Shown: in pieces, positions 40,316-44,828 of the stretch | Layout: each line of letters opens with the position of its first letter | How positions within the stretch are numbered: position 1 is the stretch's first letter | Assembly (NCBI GenBank): GCA_005879405.1 | Contig: VBKW01000189.1 | Span: 1 to 44,828, forward strand | Source of the DNA: Deltaproteobacteria bacterium | GTDB taxonomy: Bacteria > Desulfobacterota > Binatia > UTPRO1 | DNA: 44,828 bases | Reading direction: 5' to 3' | Notes under the pieces: generated by a model | The model's input: the letters and a program-made list of their open reading frames with translations, nothing else | Databases searched by the model: none | What the model was told of the DNA's origin: nothing | Program-made: the position numbers and the translations under genes

Positions 40316-41098
40316 ATGACGCGCGCCGCCGTCAGCTCCGTCGCCGCGCTCTGGTGGCGCGAGATCGTGCGTTTCGTCCGCCAGCCCAGCCGGCTCGTGG
40401 GCGCGTTCGCGCAGCCGCTACTCTTTTGGGTGCTGCTCGGCGGCGGGTTTAGCGCCTCGTTTCGCGCGCCCGGTACGCCGGCGGACGTCGGGGCCCTACA
40501 GTACTTCTATCCCGGGATCATCGCGCTCGTGCTGCTCTTCACCGCGATCTTCGCCACGATCGCCGTCGTCGAGGATCGGAAGGCGGGCTTCCTGCAAGGC
40601 GTGCTGGTCGCGCCGATTCCGCGCGCCAGCATCGTGCTCGGACAGGCGCTCGGTGGAACGACGCTCGCGCTTGTGCAGGGTATCCTCTTTCTCATCCTGG
40701 CGCCGCTCGCCGGCATCCCGCTGACGCTCACGTCTGTCGCGATGGTGACCGTCGTTCTCGTCGGCGTCGCGTTCGCGCTCACGAGCCTCGGACTCGTGAT
40801 CGCGTGGCGCATGGAATCGACGCAGGGATTCCACGCGATCATGAACCTCATCTTGATGCCGATCTGGTTGCTGTCGGGCGCGTTCTTTCCGGTCGCCGGC
40901 GCGCCGGGGTGGCTCGGATGGGTGATGCGGCTGAACCCGCTCACGTACGGCATGGCGGCCCTGCGACGGGCGCTGTACGTTGCGGCGCCGACACGTATCG
41001 GCGCCGTTCCGCCCTTGGGGATCTCGCTCTTGGCGACGCTCGCATTCGCGCTGGCGACGTTCGCCGCGGCGACCGCCGTCGCTCGCCGCACCAGCTGA
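40316..41098 (+). CDS. ABC-2 type transporter permease
   Basis: Six TM segments. N-terminus is WWREIVRFVRQPSRLVGAFAQPLLFWVLLG, typical of ABC-2 permeases. Follows the ATPase. Confidence 0.8.
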   Translation: MTRAAVSSVAALWWREIVRFVRQPSRLVGAFAQPLLFWVLLGGGFSASFRAPGTPADVGALQYFYPGIIALVLLFTAIFATIAVVEDRKAGFLQGVLVAPIPRASIVLGQALGGTTLALVQGILFLILAPLAGIPLTLTSVAMVTVVLVGVAFALTSLGLVIAWRMESTQGFHAIMNLILMPIWLLSGAFFPVAGAPGWLGWVMRLNPLTYGMAALRRALYVAAPTRIGAVPPLGISLLATLAFALATFAAATAVARRTS

Positions 41099-41319
41099 TC
41101 GCGTCACGAGCGGCGCGAGCGCCCGGCCCTCACGCGACTACGATGCCGGAGGTGTATCCGAGGCGCGACGCCGTAAGCCGAAACCGGGCCGGGCGTGCTC
41201 CGCGCCGTGGCGAGCGGTGTCCGCGTGCGCATCTGTCAGCTTCGCGTCACGCGACACGCCGGCGCTCGCCATTCGCCAGAGGATCTCGGAGGGGCACAGC
41301 TCGATGCGCCGATGGGCTG

Positions 41320-41736
41320 CTACGAGTGATACAGCATGACGTAGACGACGACGCCGGAAGCCGACACGTACAGCCAGAGCGGAAGCGTGTATCTCGCCAA
41401 CCCGGCGTGACGACGATAGCGGCGACGGCACGCGAGACGGAACGTCGCCAACGCCAACGGCACGATTGCTGCCGCGAGTATGACGTGCGGAATCAGAACC
41501 GCGAAGTACACTCCGCGTATCCACCCGGTTCCCGGGAACGGCACGGAGCCGACGGCGACGTGATATCGAACGTATGATGCGAGGAAGACGACCGACACGA
41601 CGAACGCCGCCACCATGAACCGACGGTGCGCGTGGACGTCACGACGGCGGATCGCGGCGTAGCCGAGAACGAGCAGCACGGCACTCGTGGCGTTGAGAAT
41701 CGCGTTCAACGACGGCAGCGCGCGAATCGGAATCAC
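41320..41736 (-). CDS. DUF420 (CtaM-like) membrane protein of cytochrome oxidase clusters
   Basis: LPSLNAILNATSAVLLVLGYAAIRRRDVHAHRRFM, 4 TM segments. The start overlaps the SCO1 stop by 4 nt. Confidence 0.7.
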   Translation of the reverse strand: MIPIRALPSLNAILNATSAVLLVLGYAAIRRRDVHAHRRFMVAAFVVSVVFLASYVRYHVAVGSVPFPGTGWIRGVYFAVLIPHVILAAAIVPLALATFRLACRRRYRRHAGLARYTLPLWLYVSASGVVVYVMLYHS

Positions 41737-42359
41737 GTGCCGCTCCCGCTGAGTAGGGCGACGTCGCGCTCGAGGCGCGCGACGTCGTCGGGATCGGTGC
41801 CGTGGTAGTAGCCGCGAATGCGTCGCTGCGGATCGACGAGCGCGAAACGATCGCTGTGCGTGATCGGCTCGGGCGAGTGCTCACGCTCCCCGGGCGGCAG
41901 CTCGGCGATGCTCAAGTGGAAGCCGTCGCGGACGAGCCGCTCGACGTCGCCGCGGTCGCCGGTGACGAAGAGCCAGCGCGCGCGATCGGCGCCGAAGCCC
42001 TCGGCGTAGCGGCGCAGCGTCGCGGGATCGTCATGCTCCGGGTCGACGGTGAAGGTGACGGCACGGAGGCGCTCGGCGGACGACGGCGGTAACCGCCGCA
42101 AGAAGGCGGCGAGTGTCGTCGTGAGCGCCGGACACATGCCACCGCAGCGCGTGAAGATGAAATCCGCGACCCAGATGCCGCCGGCGAGATCGTCGGCCGT
42201 GAGCGGCCGTCCGCTACGCTCGACGAGCGCGAAGGACGGCACCCGGCCGTAGACGGGGAGCTCCGCGGGACGGCCGGAGCCGCGATGCACGCGCCAGGCG
42301 CTGACGATCGTCAGCGCCGCGAGCGCCAGCGCGAACGCCGTCCAGACGACCCGGCGCAA
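41733..42359 (-). CDS. SCO1/SenC copper chaperone (thioredoxin fold)
   Basis: N-terminal TM anchor, FIFTRCGGMCP (CxxxC), and downstream ITHSDRFALVD with the His ligand. Confidence 0.85.
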   Translation of the reverse strand: MRRVVWTAFALALAALTIVSAWRVHRGSGRPAELPVYGRVPSFALVERSGRPLTADDLAGGIWVADFIFTRCGGMCPALTTTLAAFLRRLPPSSAERLRAVTFTVDPEHDDPATLRRYAEGFGADRARWLFVTGDRGDVERLVRDGFHLSIAELPPGEREHSPEPITHSDRFALVDPQRRIRGYYHGTDPDDVARLERDVALLSGSGT

Positions 42360-42393
42360 CCGTACGTCGCGCGCCGCATCGGCGCGCGTCAGA

Positions 42394-42729
42394 TCAATGC
42401 TCGCCGTGCACGCCCTCGGCTGCCGCCTCGGCCTTCGGCGACTGATGGATGACCGCGCCGAGATCGGGGGTGAGCGCGAAGATCAGAAACACACAGAGGA
42501 CGAGCGGCGTCAGCGCGATGATCCCGAGCGTCCGCTTCTCCAACGCGAGGTGCATGTAAAACATCGCGACCAGCGACGCCTTCGTGAGCGCCATGACAAT
42601 CAGCAAGAGCACGATCGCCAGGTGCGCCATCGGCGCGTAGATGACGCAGATCTCGAGGATCGTGAGCACCAGGAGCCACCAGAACACGCCCATGTAGTTG
42701 GGCTCTTCGTGAGCGACGGTCATGGTCAC
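42394..42729 (-). CDS. ctaF: cytochrome c oxidase subunit IV (bacterial CtaF/CoxIV family)
   Basis: 111 aa, 3 TM segments. HEEPNYMGVFWWLLVLTILEI. Lies directly downstream of subunit III. Confidence 0.7.
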   Translation of the reverse strand: MTMTVAHEEPNYMGVFWWLLVLTILEICVIYAPMAHLAIVLLLIVMALTKASLVAMFYMHLALEKRTLGIIALTPLVLCVFLIFALTPDLGAVIHQSPKAEAAAEGVHGEH

Positions 42730-42735
42730 CTTCTC

Positions 42736-43356
42736 CTACACCAAATACACGAACGTGAAGACCAGGATCCAGACGAGATCGACGAAGTGCCAGTAGAGGG
42801 CGGCGATCTCGACCGGGTTGTTGTCCGTCACCGAATAGCGACCGCGGAGCGCCTGGACGAGGATGCAGCTCAAGTACACGACGCCGCCGAAGACGTGGCA
42901 GCCGTGGAAGCCCGTGAGACAGAAGAACGTCGTCGAGAAGAGCGACGCGCCGAACGGGTTGCCGGAGAGACGCATCCCATGCTCGATGAGGTGCGTCCAC
43001 TCGTACGCTTGCATGCTGAGAAACGCGACGCCGCCGAGGATCGTCAGCCCAACGAAGCGCCGCAAGCCGGCTTGGTCGCCGTGCTGGATCGCCGACAGTC
43101 CCTTCACCATCGTGACGCTGCTGCAGATGAGGAGGAACGTCATGAACGCGGTGAGCTGGATGCCGAGGACGTGCGACGGCGTCGGCCAATCGCCGCTGCT
43201 GTAGCGGAGCGCGCCGTAGCCGGCGAGCAGCGCGCCGAACGACATCGCGTCGCCGGCGAGGAAGATCCACATCCCGAGCTTGCCCCAGCTCTCTGGGGTG
43301 AGGGGCGACTCGGCGGGCTCTACGCCTGGGTGTTCGAGTACGGCGGCTTGGCTCAC
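42736..43356 (-). CDS. ctaE: heme-copper oxidase subunit III
   Basis: GKLGMWIFLAGDAMSFGALLAGY, TGFHGCHVFGGVVYL, LYWHFVDLVWILVFTFVYL. Confidence 0.9.
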   Translation of the reverse strand: MSQAAVLEHPGVEPAESPLTPESWGKLGMWIFLAGDAMSFGALLAGYGALRYSSGDWPTPSHVLGIQLTAFMTFLLICSSVTMVKGLSAIQHGDQAGLRRFVGLTILGGVAFLSMQAYEWTHLIEHGMRLSGNPFGASLFSTTFFCLTGFHGCHVFGGVVYLSCILVQALRGRYSVTDNNPVEIAALYWHFVDLVWILVFTFVYLV

Positions 43357-43384
43357 GATCGCGTCTCCTTGTCAGTGATGCGTG

Positions 43385-43657
43385 TCATTGCACCTCGGGT
43401 GTGGCGTCGTCGTGATCGACCTGACGCGGGCGCCGGCGCGAGGCGATGTAGAGCCAGGCGCCGATCGTGCCGACGACCGTGTATGGGGTCGCCATGAGAA
43501 ACAGCGAGCTCACGTTGAACGCTTCGGTGAGCGGATCGACTGGGCCGTCGAGCGCCGTCTTGCACATCGCGCACCCTTGCGCGAGTACGGCGGACGGAAC
43601 GAAGGCCGCCGCGGCGAGGATCGCGACGGCGAGAGCGATGAGCGTGCCGATGCGCAT
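43385..43657 (-). CDS. small exported/membrane protein with a CxxC motif, between the two subunit-III-like genes
   Basis: MRIGTLIALAVAILAAAAFVPSAVLAQGCAMCK... (signal-like N-terminus then CAMC) plus a C-terminal TM (ATPYTVVGTIGAWLYIA). AAAGGACGG lies upstream of the ATG. It is the in-frame 3' part of track ORF 43385..44068. Confidence 0.5.
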   Translation of the reverse strand: MRIGTLIALAVAILAAAAFVPSAVLAQGCAMCKTALDGPVDPLTEAFNVSSLFLMATPYTVVGTIGAWLYIASRRRPRQVDHDDATPEVQ

Positions 43658-43668
43658 GGTCCGTCCTT

Positions 43669-44256
43669 TCACAGCAGATACACCAAGGGGAAGAGCACGG
43701 CCCACAGCCCGACGACGTAGAACCAGTACATCGAGCAGAGCTCGAGCGGGACGCGGACGGGCGCGGCGAAGCGATGGCGTTGTGCGCGCGTGAGCACGAC
43801 GAGCAGCCACGCGACCGCCGCGGCGACGTGCAAGCCGTGGCAGCCGATCAACGTGTAGAACGTCGCGCCGTACATGCCCGTTGAGAGCGTGAGCCCGTGG
43901 CCGACGAGCCGGATCCATTCGGAGCCTTGCACGGCGAGGAAGACCGTGCCGAGGAGCCCGGTCGCGAGCAGGGTCCGCGCGAGCTCGTCGCGGCGGCCGG
44001 CGCGGTGCGCGGCGCGGGCAAGACGCATGGTGAACACGCTCGCGAAGAGCACCCCGGTGTTCATCCACGTCACGGCGAGCGGAAGCTGCGGCAGGTCGCT
44101 CGGCGGCCAGATCGTCGTCCGCACGCGGAAGACGAGGTACGCGGCGATCAGGGCGGCGAAGAACATCGACTCGAACGCGAGAAAGATGACCATCCCCAGC
44201 CGCGCGTTGCTGATCGGCGACGTGACGGGGGGGCCGCCCTGCGGGACGCGCAGCAC
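43669..44256 (-). CDS. second heme-copper oxidase subunit-III-like protein (CoxO/CoxP-like paralog)
   Basis: LGMVIFLAFESMFFAALIAAY, GSEWIRLVGHG, TLIGCHGLHVAAAVAWL, MYWFYVVGLWAVLFPLVYLL. The start is uncertain (GTG 44256 or GTG 44286). Confidence 0.8.
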   Translation of the reverse strand: MLRVPQGGPPVTSPISNARLGMVIFLAFESMFFAALIAAYLVFRVRTTIWPPSDLPQLPLAVTWMNTGVLFASVFTMRLARAAHRAGRRDELARTLLATGLLGTVFLAVQGSEWIRLVGHGLTLSTGMYGATFYTLIGCHGLHVAAAVAWLLVVLTRAQRHRFAAPVRVPLELCSMYWFYVVGLWAVLFPLVYLL

Positions 44257-44294
44257 GGAGCCCGTGCGGGTGAGACGGCGAGCCACCGCAGTGC

Positions 44295-44387
44295 TCAATG
44301 GAGCACCACGATGTAGATCACAGCGCCGACGAACATGATCGAGAAAAAGCCGAAGAGTGCGAGCCCGAGCTGTCGATTCGTGCTCAC
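44295..44387 (-). CDS. possible 30-codon single-TM micro-ORF overlapping the ctaB stop
   Basis: The GTG at 44387-44385 overlaps the ctaB TGA (GTGA). Encodes (M)STNRQLGLALFGFFSIMFVGAVIYIVVLH. No clear SD. Confidence 0.3.
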   Translation of the reverse strand: MSTNRQLGLALFGFFSIMFVGAVIYIVVLH

Positions 44388-44828
44388 CACGGCGACACCG
44401 GGAGCTTGTCCGCCGCCATCGCGACGAGGAGGAGCGGCAGGTAGACGAGCGTCGCAAGGAGCAGGCGTCGCGCATCGGCGGGCGACGCCGAGCGTGCGAG
44501 CCGTGCGGATGCGAGCACGAGGAGGAGCCCGAGCGCGAGCGCGACCACGAAATACGTCGACCCGGCGAGACCGATCATCGTCGGCATGAGCGCGACCATG
44601 AGGAGCGCGAAGGAGTTGCTGAGCACGTGCCGGCCGGTGCTGGAGCCATCCGGCTCGATGACGGGCAGCAACCGGATGCCGGCGCGGGCGTAGTCGTCGC
44701 GGTAGAGACTGGCGATCGCGAGCGAGTGCGGAATCTGCCACAGGAACATGATCGCGAACAGCACGCCCGCCTCGATGCCGAGCGACCCGCGCGCGGCGGC
44801 CCAGCCGGTGAGCGGCGGCAACGCGCCG
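44384..44828 (-). CDS. ctaB: protoheme IX farnesyltransferase (heme O synthase), 3' part only; the gene runs off the window
   Basis: LFAIMFLWQIPHSLAIASLYRDDYARAGIRLLPV is a UbiA-family CtaB/CyoE signature. The ORF is open to the window edge. Confidence 0.85.
   Translation of the reverse strand, partial: GALPPLTGWAAARGSLGIEAGVLFAIMFLWQIPHSLAIASLYRDDYARAGIRLLPVIEPDGSSTGRHVLSNSFALLMVALMPTMIGLAGSTYFVVALALGLLLVLASARLARSASPADARRLLLATLVYLPLLLVAMAADKLPVSPW

Noticed and set aside
41099-41319. Convergent gap between the ABC-2 permease and the DUF420 gene, examined for a bidirectional terminator. TCGCGTCACG occurs twice (about 41099 and 41244).
   Set aside because: No convincing GC stem followed by a T/A-run on either strand. 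The 10-mer repeat is short and GC-rich, so it is likely chance.
1-44828. Scan for CRISPR arrays, rRNA, tmRNA/RNase P/SRP signatures, prophage or defence-system genes, and intact IS elements.
   Set aside because: No regularly spaced direct repeats, no conserved RNA signature strings, and no nuclease-, helicase- or integrase-like ORFs were seen by eye. A covariance-model or HMM scan would be needed to exclude small RNAs formally.

Overview
High-GC (about 70% by eye) bacterial DNA from a diderm-type organism. Positions 447-37269 form one co-directional + strand block of about 33 genes. Most are joined by overlapping stop/start codons (ATGA, GTGA, TGATG, TTGA), which implies operon-scale translational coupling. 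The block encodes a Wzx/Wzy-dependent exopolysaccharide (EPS) pathway with the gene content of PEP-CTERM/exosortase-associated loci: OPX lipoprotein, Wzz-type co-polymerase, BY-kinase-like ATPase, two Wzy_C/O-antigen-ligase-like proteins, Wzx flippase, five glycosyltransferases plus a GT-C enzyme, NodB deacetylases, AsnB-type amidotransferase, UDP-sugar dehydrogenase and 4-epimerase. No exosortase lies in the window. The unusual content is as follows. (1) Four cytoplasmic AlkP-superfamily (COG3379-like) paralogs are present. Three end in an acidic-LxxLGY[IL] tail. The fourth lacks the tail and is followed by a COG0523/CobW GTPase, which is translationally coupled to an unannotated 42-codon ORF encoding exactly such a tail. 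(2) An initiating sugar-phosphate transferase is fused to a Wzy_C domain. (3) A deacetylase/AlkP 'fusion' ORF looks like a 1-nt frameshift artefact or a nascent fusion. (4) The BY-kinase-like protein has no Walker A lysine. (5) A Lys-rich, lower-GC radical SAM/SPASM gene is present. (6) A PdxA2 / cyclase / DUF1537-kinase / SlyD module is welded onto the 3' end. A sigma-54-type promoter motif sits in the leader upstream of the first gene. The right side holds a cytoplasmic GAF histidine kinase (- strand), a DUF983 + ABC-2 exporter operon (+ strand), and the accessory part of a heme-copper oxidase cluster (- strand): ctaB (partial), two subunit-III-like genes, subunit IV, SCO1, DUF420 and two tiny membrane ORFs. 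I saw no rRNA, tRNA, CRISPR array or intact mobile element. Most other long ORFs in the six-frame track are Arg/Ala/Pro-rich off-frame shadows typical of high-GC DNA.
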